Shown here: positions 1 through 13,800 of the stretch, piece after piece
How positions within the stretch are numbered: the first letter of the stretch is position 1
Layout: the number at the start of each line of letters is the position of its first letter
Assembly: GCA_973895155.1 (NCBI GenBank)
Contig: OZ316897.1
Span: 22,853,455 to 22,917,454 of the forward strand
Reading direction: 5' to 3'
Length of the DNA stretch: 64,000 nucleotides
DNA from: Marsupella aquatica
Taxonomy: Eukaryota; Plantae; Marchantiophyta
Translations under genes and position numbers: made by a program
The notes under the pieces: generated by a model
Seen by the model: the letters and a program-made list of their open reading frames with translations, nothing else
Told to the model about the DNA's origin: nothing
Database searches by the model: none

Positions 1-7
1 TTACAGC

Positions 8-3000
8 TCACGAATTTCCCAAACGATCACGCCGATTTTGGTGCTTATTCCTATTCCTAATTAAGACAGCAATTTCTTCAAGAACCTGCAGAAAAGATAA
101 CCCACATGCGTTAATAATGAAGAAAGAACAGAGCGTAAGCACTAAACAATTACTCGACACACCATGTCACCAATTCCTCAAATCAGGGGACTATTTGTTG
201 GCAAAAGGCTCTCTAAAATTTCCCTATCTTAGATGGGCAACTGGCTAAACGACACTAACAGGCCATCCCATGTTGAACCTCCTCTCCCAACTGCAGAACT
301 GCGATGGGGCTTGGGGCATTACCAATATTGCCACACCGTAACTAGACACCCCAAGCCAAGAGTTTAAGGTTTTATGACTAATTTCTTGCTGGCTTTTGAG
401 TTGCCATTGAGCTTGGAAAAAGGCTAGTCGCAAACCTGTACTGCAAGCATCGTAGGTGTCACGCAAGATACGCTCTCTAGGCCCATCACTTTTGCTAAAC
501 CTGCAAGGTGGGCAACATGTCATATCTCCGAGTCGCTTCTTCAATTGCTACATATTGAAACTATCATGACAAACAAACAAAAAACTTGGCTACGCTGTCA
601 TTGCTGGAAAACCTTCCTCGAAGGAATTATTGAATAGCTAGATTCTATCCGAGAGACACGGATCCCGTGGTACCTGCTACGCAAACGGAAGCGTCAGCGT
701 TTCTGTAGTAGCCCTCTCGCTCCTCGAAGAGATTCTCGAGGCAATTTAAGGCCTGCCGAGAACCAAAACAACTCCGTTAAGTTCTCGAGTTTTTGCACTA
801 GATTCACATTAGATGCAGAAAACTACGAATAAGTCTGTATCTTGCAAGACTGAGCGACCTTCAGCCAGGTAACAACAGTACTCGATCAACCTCGTGGAAA
901 CCATGACATAACTCGTGAAAAACCATGACCAACCTGCTGGTAAGCAGTTTCCTTAGACACCTGCCCCAAAAGAGGGCGAGATTCGCAGCCTACAGCTACT
1001 ACTCGTTCGGCAAGGGCCTCCAATGGCACGTCGAGCCATACAGTAATGCCCTGTCTCAAGTAGCCCCTGCAAACCAAATTAAAACAAGTTCCAGAATCAG
1101 GAAACGACAAACATTATAAATTGCTTTGCAAGGTCTCCACTCAGCTGCAGAACATCATTGCAATTTCTCAAATTAAATTAAATTTAAGGACGATGCCCAG
1201 GGTTCTTCAAAGGGTCCATCCACTAGCACTACTTGAAAGCAGTTGGAATTCGTGAAACGCCGGTCAAATCCTACTTCCCTACAGGAAACTATTGAACTCG
1301 ATGATTTCAATGGCTTCTATTCCTTGAACTATAGTATAGGCAATCTAGCTATGTGCTCGATCTGTAGTATTGCAAAGCAAATTCAATTGTCACAGGATTA
1401 ATCTGCTTTTCGAAAAAGCCAATCCCCAAAGTTTTAAGGACCGGTAATCGCCATCGCATCCTTCGTTTAGAGTTCCTAAAGTAATAGAGAAATACTGTAA
1501 ACAAAACCGTAACTGGCCAAAGGTGGTTGCAGAAGAACAACAAAAAGTTGTTGCGAAAAGGGAGGGGGACTGCAGTCCGGGGAGTCAAGCCAACCACTAG
1601 AAATGATGAGACTAGGGAGAATGATTCTCATATTCCCCTTGGTAACGTGTCCGACGTACAAGCCAACGTGGGTCGGCCGACGTCCTGGAAATGGTTAAAG
1701 AAATCTAGCGGACGACCACTCAGCTCTGCTCTATGATTTAGCAAATTGACCCTTTCATCTATGATCGAATCTAACTTTAACTTATTCTCAAAATCGAACT
1801 TGAGGATCAGCGACGAAGTGAACAGCGAATTCTCGTCCTCTTCATTTCAATCTAATGAAAAAGTCGCACACCCAACTTGTCTCGTCATCAATCATATCTG
1901 TTTGAAACGCTCACCAGTTTTGGGGTCTCACTACCGCCCCACCACCCGTGGAGACCACCAAGCGAACCCTTGACGAAAGCTGCATGATCGCTTCTGACTG
2001 CATGCACGGCGAAATCGTCACCAGGGGATTAGATTCTCCACAAAACGTAGACACATGCGGTAACTTTAGGGTCAAAAACTATAAAATTCGACGACCCTGA
2101 CATGAGATCTGCGGCAGTCACGCGGAAACCCGGACACGACGGGTTTATCTTTCCTTACCTCCGCATTGCGGAATTCTTCCTCCCTTCCTTCCCGGAACAT
2201 TTGCTTGATGGAAACTCCCGTGGTATCTTCGACGACTTTGTCACTGCTCATCGCAAACAAGTCTACAAGAGATTATCGAACTGTTCGGCAATTGAGACAC
2301 AACCTCAGTAAAGGACTGGAGGTTAAATGTAGAGAACACATGATAGGCGCAGAAGCAACATACCTATCGAAGAGAGGGTACCCCAGGGCATCTGCTACAT
2401 GTTTGCCCACAGTGGTCTTGCCACTGCCCATCATCCCTGCAGCATAATGAAAAACCAAGGAAATGCTCAGAATCGAGCGCATAACCGGGTCAAACAACCA
2501 AACAGGCAAAGCCCAACTGTCAGCCAATCCCTGGAAAGCATTTTTGCAAGCACCCGGAACAGGAAAGAAACTCACCAACTAGGAAGATGGAAGTGCCTTT
2601 TAGATCCTTGCCAACTGTTGCTGCCTTTCTCTGCATAAACGGATCCGAAATTCGAGGAGATCAGTATAATTATATATCATACGGGATTCAGCCTGTCTAA
2701 TTACACGACTCGAGGCAAACGAGCAGCCTAAAACGCAGGCTCTAACTTAATGGAGAGTACTGTAGCTGCCCCTTAGTAACAGTGTCGGTAGTGAGTGACA
2801 CACGCTCTACGACATACAACTGGAAGATCCGTCGTGGGAGGCAGGCACACGAGAAGGACCATGCAGGCAACCGCCAGAAAGAAGCCTTACCTTCAGCAGC
2901 AACTGTTGCTCTTCCTCGATGAAAGAAGCCTTCTCGTCGCTTATGGCCGGTTGGGAAGTGTTAATCGTCCGCTGACCTGCACATTTCCACGCATCGCATC

Positions 3001-3951
3001 CTACTTCAGTCCGACTCACCGCTCAAAAACAGCCTACGAATTCCTGAAAGCCCCCTTCTCGATCTAAAGTTGGCCTCCCCGTCAAGGCCTTCTCCACCAA
3101 CGTGCGTGCAACATTTGTGTGTGCTTCAAGCCCCTTCACATATTGTGCCCATAGCAGTCTCTAGAATGTGACCCACAATCATATGTCACGGGACAAAACT
3201 CTTCGACGTCTCTGACCAATCGGAGTCCATATAATCCAATGATTTCCCGGAAGTCCTGGAGGAAGTCCCTGCATTTCCATGCTACATGGAATTTGTTGCA
3301 TGTCACCTACACTCGCTAAATCACCCCTCGATTGTCTCTGATGTAGGACCCGTGCTAAATAGTAGCTAAATTGCCCTTTCAATGTCTACAATGTGCGCCA
3401 CTGTGTGGGCTCAATCCCATTCCTGTGCGGTCCTCGACCTCCCTGGCCTCTCTACCACCAATCAACCTGCCTACCGCAGCTAGACTGCCAAAATGTGAGC
3501 AAGACAACGTCACAGTGGCGAGTGTGATTCTTTGAATCTGTCAACACTTCCTTCCTCCAAGGAAGCAAATGTTGAGAGAAAGAGAGCGTCACATTTTGCG
3601 GATTTCTGTTCCCTGCCTGAAACTTTGTGACGGACGAGTGCGTGTTTGCAAGAGTGAACACATACCCAAGGAGGTGATACGTCGGCGAGAGCGGGCGGAA
3701 GGTGGAGGAGAGACGAAATGCAAAGTGTGCCATTCCCTGCTCCGCGGCGAACCAAATGTAAATTCAGCAGTGGCATCGCCGTCGCAGAAGCTGCTGGACA
3801 CGGAGTAGAAGTGGCAGCTCTCCTTCGTCTTGAGGTTCAGCCCTCCGCCATTGTTCCGCTTGCTGGGAGTGAAGAAGCTCGCGACCGACTTGCCACTACT
3901 ACAGATCACTAACGAACTCCCGCAATGCATCACCGCGGCCATCTCCATCAT
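8..3951 (-). CDS. SK: Shikimate kinase, plastid-targeted (10 coding exons, 340 aa)
   Basis: Exons (minus, all GT-AG): 3666-3951, 2891-2976, 2576-2630, 2364-2436, 2159-2243, 1915-1997, 934-1066, 674-752, 436-500, 8-85; total 1023 nt, in frame to TGA. Motifs: IFLVGMMGSGKTT (Walker A), EEEFRNAES, VVSTGGGAV, VWLDVPLEALAERV, SRPLL, YRNADA. The Ser-rich N-terminus resembles a transit peptide. Confidence 0.95.
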
Positions 3952-4519
3952 TCTTCGTCACGCTTAATTCCGCACAAACCAGATCATTCAAACGGGAGAC
4001 CTAATCTCCGCTCCAAAGCAACTCCGCCAAAGTAATAGTCGGAGTTAGCAACAAACCCAGAATCGATCGAACTCTCCTCACAGCGCCTCGTCTTCACGCA
4101 TTGCTCGAACAATCCGGGTCTCAACGCTTTCACTCACTGGAGAGACCAAACGCCCGGCTCCTTTTTTCAAACCAACTTCGGAATCGTCTCGAGCAGCACA
4201 CGGGTCCGTCAGCTCCAATTGCTCCTCTTCTCTTCTCTCCTCTCCTCTTCCTGACTTCCTCCGTGAGGAGATTGTAGAGCCGTGTGGGGTGTGTGGGTGT
4301 GTGGGTCTGTTCGGGGACGAGATCGTGGTCCTAGGGGCCGGATTTGGGACCGGACGGAGAACCTGCGAGGTCGTTCTCGAGGTTTTTGGTGAGCTCTTCT
4401 TGTAGCGTAGTGAGAGTGTTGGACTGTTGGGTGACACAGGGGCAGAACAAGAAGAGCAACAACCAGATGCCCTTTTTGGTGCCCCCTTTTTCCCCGACCT
4501 TTTCCAAACGCTCCGGACA

Positions 4520-4586
4520 CGTAAGTCGGTAGGTTAGAACATGGTTATGTTGAAGGTGGGATATACACATATATACTGTATATGTG

Positions 4587-4644
<58 letters not shown>

Positions 4645-5230
4645 TGCTCTGCGTCCTATTTAGGGTACTTTTCATGTGAGCTCTAGCGGTAGGTTGGAGC
4701 ATGTTTATTGAGTGGGTGCACTTGGATGGGTTTTAAAATTCATACTTTCCTTGCATTGCGTCTATTTTGCATCATCAGTTATCGGTTGGAATACTTTTTA
4801 GTTTATTTGAATTGGCGCTTGGAGGGGTTAAAAGTATTAAAAATGGATACTTTCGTTATATTGTGAGCAGATACATCATCAGTGGCGTTAGAACATGTTT
4901 ATTGAGTGGGGGCACTTACAGTAGATGGTTTAAATATATATATACTTTTTGTTATATTGCGTTTACCTAGCATCATCAGTGGTAGGTAAGAACATGTTTA
5001 TTTGATTATATGAGTTAAATATATATACTTTTTGTTATATTGTGTTTTTCTTGCATCATCAGGAGAAAGTTAGAACATGTTTATTTGATGGGGCACTTGT
5101 ATGGGTTAAAAATTTATACTTTTTGTTATATCGAGTGTGTTGGCATCATCAGCGGCAGGCCAGAGCATGTTTATTTGGATAGACGCACTTGGATGGGTTA
5201 TATATATATTGCTTGTACTTTGCATCACAC
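4520..5230. repeat. Degenerate ~90-100 bp tandem array (about 7 units) with embedded (TA)n, upstream of shikimate kinase
   Basis: Recurrent catcatcag (~4770, 4874, 4971, 5054, 5143) and tagaacatgtttatt-like motifs (~4535, 4696, 4889, 4989, 5072, 5161), followed by gcacttggatgggtt...atactttt; (TA)n at ~4588-4635. Confidence 0.8.
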
Positions 5231-6134
5231 GGGTACAAAAACCAGAAAAATTACTTTGCCTGAGGTGAAATCCATGATCGAAATAAAGTCCATTCCTTCT
5301 TGGAAATGCATGAAGGTCTGAATCAAGAGCTATGGGCCCAGAGATGTATAAGACTTGAAGGATATGGGAAGGAGGGCTCTGGAACTGACTGGAGGGGTAT
5401 GGGTAGGGATAGGATTGGAGGGCCATGAGTAGGCTTGGGATTGGGACTCAAGCTTGGAGAAAGTATTGAGGAAAAAAACCAGCGCTTGGTAAGTAGGGAT
5501 GTGTGAGTCACATTTGACAAACCTAAACGGTAGAAATGGACATGTTGCCCAATAGCCATTAGTGAGATTTTCTACCTTTGTCACCTTTTTTGTGTGAAAT
5601 TACTACTTTGCCATGATTTCTGGATTATTTACTAGAATGTCACCTTTTACTAGCAATGGTTAACTTAAAACCACCTTTGGTTAATTCATAAGCATCCAAT
5701 GGCTGAAACCATGCCACATGTCTGCATCCGAAGGTAGGGATTTCCCCCAACATATCTTTATCCAACCTGCTCTGCCCCAACTGAAGGAGTTACAACTGAA
5801 GGTTGTAACACCACGGACAGACAACTTACTCTCACACCAATTCACACAGCTAAAACATGCACTACTAAGGGGCAAACCACATGCCAACGCCAACCCAATC
5901 ACCCAATTAGAAGTGCCACAAATTAAAGGCTCTACTATGTCTAAGCATCCCAAAAGATCAAGTACAACCAGTTTGACACCAATCACAATGGGACAATGTG
6001 CCAAGGTAACTTGATTAATTAACCAAACAATCACTACATGTTTATAACACTAATAACAACAATCCACTCTTGTTCCATTCATTCCCGGTTTGACTTTGCC
6101 CGTCTAATTGGGGGATTTTTGTTGTAAAATCATA

Positions 6135-6430
6135 AACCCGTAAGTCCAGTCGCCCGGTCTCCCGGACTCGGGGTCGGTCCGGGTGTGAGGGTCGACCCGG
6201 GCTGGCCTGGGCCGGGTTTGGGCCGGGTGTTTAGGGGGTTTGGGATGGGTTCGGGAGGCCGGGGAGCGGTTCGGGAGGCCAGGTTTGGGAGTTCGGGAGG
6301 CTGGGGAGAAGTTTGGGAGGGGTTTGGGAGGCTGGGGAGGAGTTTGGGAGGCTGGGGAGGGCTTCGGGAGGCCGGGCTCGGGCGGGTCGGGTCGGGAGTC
6401 CGGGGGAGTCCGGGGGAATATTGGGGAATA
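6135..6430. repeat. GC-rich low-complexity array (gggaggc/ttcgggag/ccggg), probable TE subterminal remnant
   Basis: Repeated ttcgggaggc, tttgggaggctggggag and cgggtc units in otherwise AT-rich DNA; weak flanking inverted motif ccggtttgac (~6085) / gtcaaactgg (~6434). Confidence 0.55.
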
Positions 6431-7177
6431 TATGTCAAACTGGCCGGTTTTACGTGCCCGTCAGGTTAAACCTGACATACATTCCAGCAACCACCATAAT
6501 ATTCAATCCTACCAAAAGGAGTGGTTGTCTCTGGAGGGAACGTACTAATAAGATCCTTCAGATTTATTCTGTCACTTTTGGGGGGAGGCTATCAACTTCA
6601 TCATCAAATGTCTAGGAATATGTGTTCAAAGAATGCAGATGTATTTAATAAAGTTCACATGAATGTAGGGAACTGCAAAGTTGTATATAAATAGAATGTT
6701 CATCCTACTACATGCCTATTTTGACTTATCTGAAAAAATTTAAATCAGGAGACATTTAACTTTTAACCCTAGTTTATGAAAATAAGTATTGAAAGAATGA
6801 TTATGAAAAAGTTAATCAAAAAACTGCACACCTTTTTTAAAGTGAGAAAAGTACAATACCACATGTGCATTAATTTCAAGGTATTAGAGTAGTTAATGTA
6901 CTTGTATAAGTACAGCACTTTATGATTCAAAGAGCACTTTATGATTCAAAGACAACAGCGTGAACTACTTTAACTTCTTTTTTTCTGTTCTATGTGGGGC
7001 TCTTTATTTAGGTGACACTTGTTCATCAATAAACCATGAACAATGTAAATTCTATGACCAATGGCATATAAGGTGCATTCATCAGTGAATAGTGTACTAC
7101 TGTAGTTGTTTAGCTGAAGGGTCGAACCTTCTCATGCAGGTATGAAAATATGCCCCTCAAAATGTTAAATCCTCCCA

Positions 7178-7824
7178 TTTTTTTGATATCCTCCCATTCC
7201 ATCTTTTTCGTCCACACTCGAACGGTGACGACTTCTCAGCGGCTTCTCACGAGGGGCATGGTTCACATGTACAACTGAAGTGAGGTTTAAGGAATGGGAG
7301 TATATCAAAAACCCTAAATACCCCTTCATATGGAGAGTTTCTATAATTTAATTGGTAATGTCCGATCATGATTCAGTCATGATATGAATGCACTCAGCAA
7401 AAACCAGGGCTATAAAGTAGTAAGACAATCACATGAAAGGGAAACAACCCAAGAGTAAATAATAACCAGGTTTTACATTACAAAACCAGCCAATTAAATG
7501 TTAATAGGGGACCAGTATCTATCACTAATTGCAAATTGAATTTAGGTGAGAGGACAATGCTAAGTGTGGTGGGAAGATAATGTCCACAATGTCTTCCCAA
7601 ATAGTGCATTCATACCAATCATGACTGAATCATGATCGGACATTACCAATTAAATTATAGATCGAGAATCTCCATATGAAGGGGTATTTATGGCATTTTT
7701 TATCCTCCCATTCCTTAAACCTCACTTCGATCAGTTGTACATGTGAACCATGCGCCTCGTGAAAAGCTGCAGAGAAGTCGTCACCGTTCGACGAAAAAGA
7801 TAGAATGGGAGGATATCAAAAAAA
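7178..7824. repeat. Long inverted repeat (foldback): ~205 bp arms 7178-7383 and 7618-7824 around a ~235 bp spacer
   Basis: The right arm is the reverse complement of the left (about 90% by eye), e.g. ctataatttaattggtaatgtccgatcatgattcagtcatgat / atcatgactgaatcatgatcggacattaccaattaaattatag and cgaacggtgacgacttctc / gagaagtcgtcaccgttcg. Confidence 0.93.
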
Positions 7825-10800
7825 CTTGGAATGATGTTTATTTAAGTTTCCAGCTCTCTATAAAGTCTTAAGCTACTTTGGCAAAAAGTTCCTAGTTTCC
7901 ATCAGCCAGTTTAGCTACAGACCCCACAGCCAGAATTGTACATCATCTTTAATTCTAGGGAAACATATATACAAACTTCTTACAGAAAAGGACCAAACAA
8001 AGAAATCTGAGTGTCAGAAATTAATCATGTAAATCAGACAACAATTATTCCTAGCACCTTCTGACATTGGCCACCGTAGGTGAGGTAAAAAAAACCTTTA
8101 AATTTCGCTGATTGGAGCTATTCCAGCTTTGGTCAAGACTGCCAACAACATTCCAGGTAGTCAAGATTGTTTCAAACTATTTGATTTATGTTGTTTCGAC
8201 TCTTTCAACTATCAAGGTTTTAGGCTTATGAACGTTGACCCTAGACCAAGTCACCAAAGACTCCAAGACCTTGCCATCAGGTTTTCCTAGAGCCTTGATT
8301 CCTTTGGGCAAAGGCAAGACCGCTAAGATTCACAACAAGTCCTTTGACTTTGCCACGTTTTAATAAGCCATAAGTTTTGCTAGCATTTTGTTGTTGGAAA
8401 CCTTGAAATGGTAAACTCACTGTGCTCAGCAAACAGCAGGTTGGTGGAACAAGAAACTAAGGCCAATAACACCTCCAAGAAGTCTAAGGGGTCCACCTCT
8501 TTAAGATATGCAACATGCCTTGGCCAATAAGCCATGGAGTTTCAATTTGGCCCCAAGAGGTTTCCTGGCGGTTGGTATAGTCAGGCTTGAATCAAGGAGA
8601 AGGATGGACCAGGTCTCCCGAGTCTCCAGCACGTCCAGCACACAGTGCTACTTGTAGTATGGACCCACGTGCATGAATTTGGTTTCTTTTTTTGAAATGG
8701 AAAATTCCAACGAAGCACCTGATGGACCTAGAAGAGGCATTGTTTACCTAACCCCATATATGGTGGGCTGTGGGAAATTCTTAAGAGAGGCAGCACAGGC
8801 AGCAACCAATCGGATCTGTCACTGCTAGACTTGGACGCCACAAAAACCTGCAGTGTTAACTGTCGGTAAAGCCTAAATAAGTTACAGGATAAAATTTATT
8901 TTTGGATCTAATATTTTATTGAATCTAGTGTTCTGATTACATTGTGAGTTTAGGATGTAAGGTTTTATCTTTTTTGGACAAAGGATGATCTGCAACCCTT
9001 TTGAATTGGTCTTTGTGTTATTTTCTTTGCTATTTTCTAACTGTGACTTTTTTGCTTTGTTTTTGGGACGAAGAATTAGGAATCAATCCTCGCGTGAAAA
9101 CACAGCTGAGCAACCAACGCAAGAAAACCCATCACCTATATTACCCACAGGCAAAAGGTATGAACCTGCCGCAGAGGCCAAAACGAGATGAATGGGGAGG
9201 AGCAAAACCTGGCCCGTAAGCCCAAAAGCCCACCCAAGAGCAAAAGCAGAGCACCCAGCAACAGCTCAATATGCCTACAAAACTGCCAAAGTAAAACACA
9301 CACAATGATGCCCTAGGGTTGCTCCAACTTTAAACAATCTCCCCTAAATGGTAATAAAAAGCTTCTAGGACTATCATATCTAGATAAATGAGAAAACAAA
9401 TATTCCTTGAGGTACCCTAAAAGCGTGAAGATTCACCCCAAAAAGGTAAAATAGTATGTCTTGTAGTGTTTTATGCTCAAAAGGATGTCCATGTTGAGAG
9501 GAATAATTAATCATTCCTTTTTATAGTTTGGATGTATTTTTTAGTAACCCCTTTAAAGCAAGAATAGGCTAGTTTTGGGTGACTTAGTACTTGTGCCTCA
9601 ATGCTTATTCCCTAGCAAATTGTCTTCTCCTCACCATTTGTTCCTTTACAAAGTGTCGGCCCCACTTCTATCCCCACATGCCATTTTTCTAGTAGACAAC
9701 TGTGTAGCTTCTAAACTATTGTGAATCTATTTCAAACAAATGTTGGCCCTCTCACATTTTTCTTATAATGCCTTAGGCTAGCGACTCATAAGTTACTCAA
9801 AACCATAAACTTAGGAAACAGAACTCTGAGCTCTAGTTAAAGGGGGTGGGGGTGAAAATGTTTGTTTCTCACAACTCTTGGATTCCATCACAATCTTCAG
9901 AATATATAGGTTAGGGTCTAGGTATCTATAGTGTGTGAAGAATCAATAACTTGAATATAAGGATAAAACAACATATTCTAACAAAGGATGAGCAACATTG
10001 GAAAATAAATACAGACCTAAAGTGGGCTCTCAAAAAATAAAAACATTAAGAGGGGCGTAAAAACACTTTTAAAGTCCAAAAATTCAAAGGATACACCTTG
10101 TCTAAAATGAATCAAAACCAAAATACATATAAAAAATGTCAATAAGACAAAGTAACCTGACTAGACTCCCAAACCAAGGTAACACCAGATTAACCATACC
10201 AAAGCACGCAAAACTAATGGTGGCTTTAAAACATTAACGGATCACTTGTGATTTTTTTCAGCAAATCAAAGTAGAGGCCCGCTTGACTGTTCTAAGACCT
10301 AAAATCATTTGCGATGGAATCCAATAAATGCAATTCCCTGGAATGAAGGGCCAATGTTTTGAAGTGTTTGGGCTGCCCACCGTTGGTGGTAGTCAAAATT
10401 CCAGACAAAATAGGCACTCCAAGTCATCATTTCCTTGGGCTGTTGCTTATCATGTATGATGATAGACACCATACCAGAATGGGCCCCCCAGTTATTATGA
10501 AGCAAGTTGCAACCATTTCCACTGATTATTAGGTTGCATATTTAATCTCAAAGGGATTAAAAAGAAACACTAGCCCTACAGGTCTGGTAAGTGCCAAAAT
10601 ACCATAGACTAAACAGTTTGTCGACAAGTGTCAGTCTGCCCAGTTAGGGCTCTTTGTTTTTTGAGTTCTCAGTCTCTTGTTATAAATTAAGCTTGCCAAG
10701 ACTCTGGGCCAGTTGTGCCACCTACTTGCTATGCTCACCTCTTTCCCCTAAAAGGAAGTAAATGGAAAAGGTTCCCAAAGTCCAGAACTCTGAAGTTGGT

Positions 10801-13800
10801 AGCATTGTCAAGGGGCCAAACCATGCAGTGTTTATTTACTGACCCCCATGGGAAGCTCCTTCCAAATCCCTGGAAGCACATGTTGCCACATAAGCACTAT
10901 TGGTCACAAACAAGAAGAGCTCGTGATCCAAGAAATGCCAAACAAGACTAGGTGTGTTTGAGACATGTCAAGCAAAAATAAAACAGTTAGACCTTGTAAC
11001 TGTACAAACAATGGAAAACTGAAAATTAACTTTTCAAATAAACAAAGAAAGGGGTAAAAAGAAAATAACCTTTGGATGGATTATGATTGATATATAGGTG
11101 CTCTCCAGTAGATTGTATGAATTTTTTATTTAGTCAACAATTTTTGGAATAACCATGGGTAGAAAGAAACTCTTCAACTACTGTAACATTTACCAAGGTA
11201 ACATCAGAAACCTTACTAATGTGGATCAAAGAATACTAAAAGAATGTAAGAAACCATGTAACACATTTTGCATGGCCTCTATGGACATAGGAGTATGGGA
11301 CAGGAATGTACTCTAGCGGGGCAAGCATATTTGGAGGCACGGTAGCGCCCACTATGAGGGATCGACAATAAATTGCTCCAGCTGGAGCATGTTGTAAGGC
11401 CACTGAAATGTGCTCACAAAAGTGCTTGGTCAAGATAAATAGTGAATGTCTAGTGGGTCCATCCGTCCGTCCATGAATATCACGAGCAGCCTTTCAAAGA
11501 AGCCCATCAAACTGATGTTGAAGATGACCAAATATCTCAATAGCAAGGGGGAGAAAGGTATAAGATGAACTTGAGCAACATATTTTGCCTCCTTTGTTGT
11601 GGTTGCTCATGATGCCAGTGCCCCTGCCATTGTTATTGCTATCTCAATGATGTCCTGGCCCGGAGTCCTCACTTCTTTTCTCTTGACCCATTGCGTGCAA
11701 AGAAGTTAATTAGTAGTTTTTACTCGGGTTCTAAAATTCAATTGGGTGGACAACTTGAAAAAAATGTTGAAGGAAAATTGGGGTGTTTTAATCCAATTTT
11801 GAGAATTATAAAACTACAGGGGTTTTTAATACCAAGTTTGAGAACATTCCTATAATATTCCATAAAGTTAGGGGTTCAAAAATAGTAAAAATTTACATTT
11901 TCTTAAGTTTTAGGATGTTTATTTCTATGAAGTTTTAGGGTGTTTATTACTTGAAAACTTCACACTTGATATGGGACCTCTCTTGGAGTGAGGCCCCTTA
12001 TTGTCTTGGCACAAAGGGTTTGCTACCACAACATCCGCCAAAGTATGTCAACCATCACAAACCATGATAAGATCAAGCCGTAATTGTTGTGTGGAGTATC
12101 AGGTAGATCGAGCACCACCTCCCGCTACACATGTACCAAAGACCCAGAGAGAACCTGAGCACAAACATCCCTCACAACATCATGAACAACTATGGTTTTG
12201 CCTCTCAAATTACACCAAAGACGTGGACCCATGTGGAATCACAAGGCTTCCCGTGCCACATGTGCCGGAAGTACTAGGTAAACCTACATGAAGAGGGTGG
12301 GGCATCCCATTCAAAGACATATGGGGGTCGAGAATGCCTCTGAAGACATCCCCACACGAGGGATGGCCGGATTGGCCCGAAGCCACCATCCTGCTCCTTT
12401 CCCTCCGGAAGAAAGGATCCAAGCTTGGTCCATTTCAGGTGCCTTGTCAAGAATGCTAAAGAGGGTGACAATGTGCATACACCTTACAAGGTCAGCTTGA
12501 AGACGGACAAGATCCAAGGATACAAAATCCTAAAATAAATGTAACAAGATCGGGTAGTGAGGACTAGGCCTCTCGCGAAGACCTGAAATGGGAGGGAATT
12601 GTACCTCAACCTCCATGAGAGATGAAAGTAAAAAGGGCCGATCACCAGCAAGGTCATCATAGCCAAGCAGAACACCATTGTCAAAGGGGCCAAACCAATA
12701 ACTATTAATGTTTTTTTTTCAAATTGGTGTGTGGCCGACCTGGTTGCTATTTTTATTTTTGACTAACTGATGAAAAACCCTGCCATAGAGAAGCAGACAC
12801 GTAGCTGGGTGCATTAGGCTAAACCCGGTATTGTACCAAACAACCTCCATCCCTCCCTCCCTCCCTCCCCCCAACACACACACACACACACACCAAAAAA
12901 ACGTATATTGTAGCATGCAAAAGAGAGCTCCACAAGCCACCTAAAAGGTTACTTTTGCATTGTACGCATGCCCTTATGTGACTGCCCATTCCTTTTTTCT
13001 TTCCCCTTGATTGGGTCTCTTGCCTTTGGCATCCCATCTCCATTCTGTTTTTGTTCTTTTGCAACAGCCTGGTATCTGACCTACACATGATGATTATTTT
13101 TTATTAGTGTCAATTTGTTTATTGATTTAATGAGGGTATATTATGGGCTTTTGGGGGCAATAGTTCCAGGACGGCCCAAAACTCCGTAACCCTTTTTGAA
13201 ATACTCTTTTACATGTTTTGATTGCCAAAAATGTTTCCATGCAAATTTTACCTTTCATGTTGCTTTTGTCATGTAGTGCCACTTTGTCAAGAAAGTGTCA
13301 CCAGTCATGCCTACAGTAGTTAAGCAAGTTTGGGGATAGATTCGATTTTGAATTATATATTTTTTAACATGCACAAACGGGTCACAACCTTATGGATAAG
13401 TCTAACAGAGTGGTTGTTTTAGAGGTTGGGGGTTATGTATCTACTATCTAGTAGTCCAAATACCACTGCCGAGCACATGGCCTCCCTCTACGAAGATTCC
13501 CACGCCCATCCTCACTGAAAATCATAGTGTAGGTATAAAATATATATTCTGAGAGATTATGGCCTTCACTTTACGAAGTAGGTCATGAAAGCCTATTAGG
13601 GTAGACTAGTGCCTAGGAAGAGGCCTTATAATCCAAATAACAAGCTTGGATGTCCATTCTTTGAATGACAATAGAGTGATAACAAAAATAAATGTGCATG
13701 ATCATCATTTTGACATACCATACATCTCATTCTGCTCTCCATCTACATACATTTGGTGGGGCCTAGAGTTATGGTCTAGAGTCTTCACTCTATAATGTGT

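Noticed and set aside
8300-12700. Possible LINE/LTR coding remnants (also 42000-42760, 55900-56600, 59800-60300)
   Set aside because: Decayed-coding texture but no motif I can assign reliably by eye; needs RepeatMasker or BLASTX.
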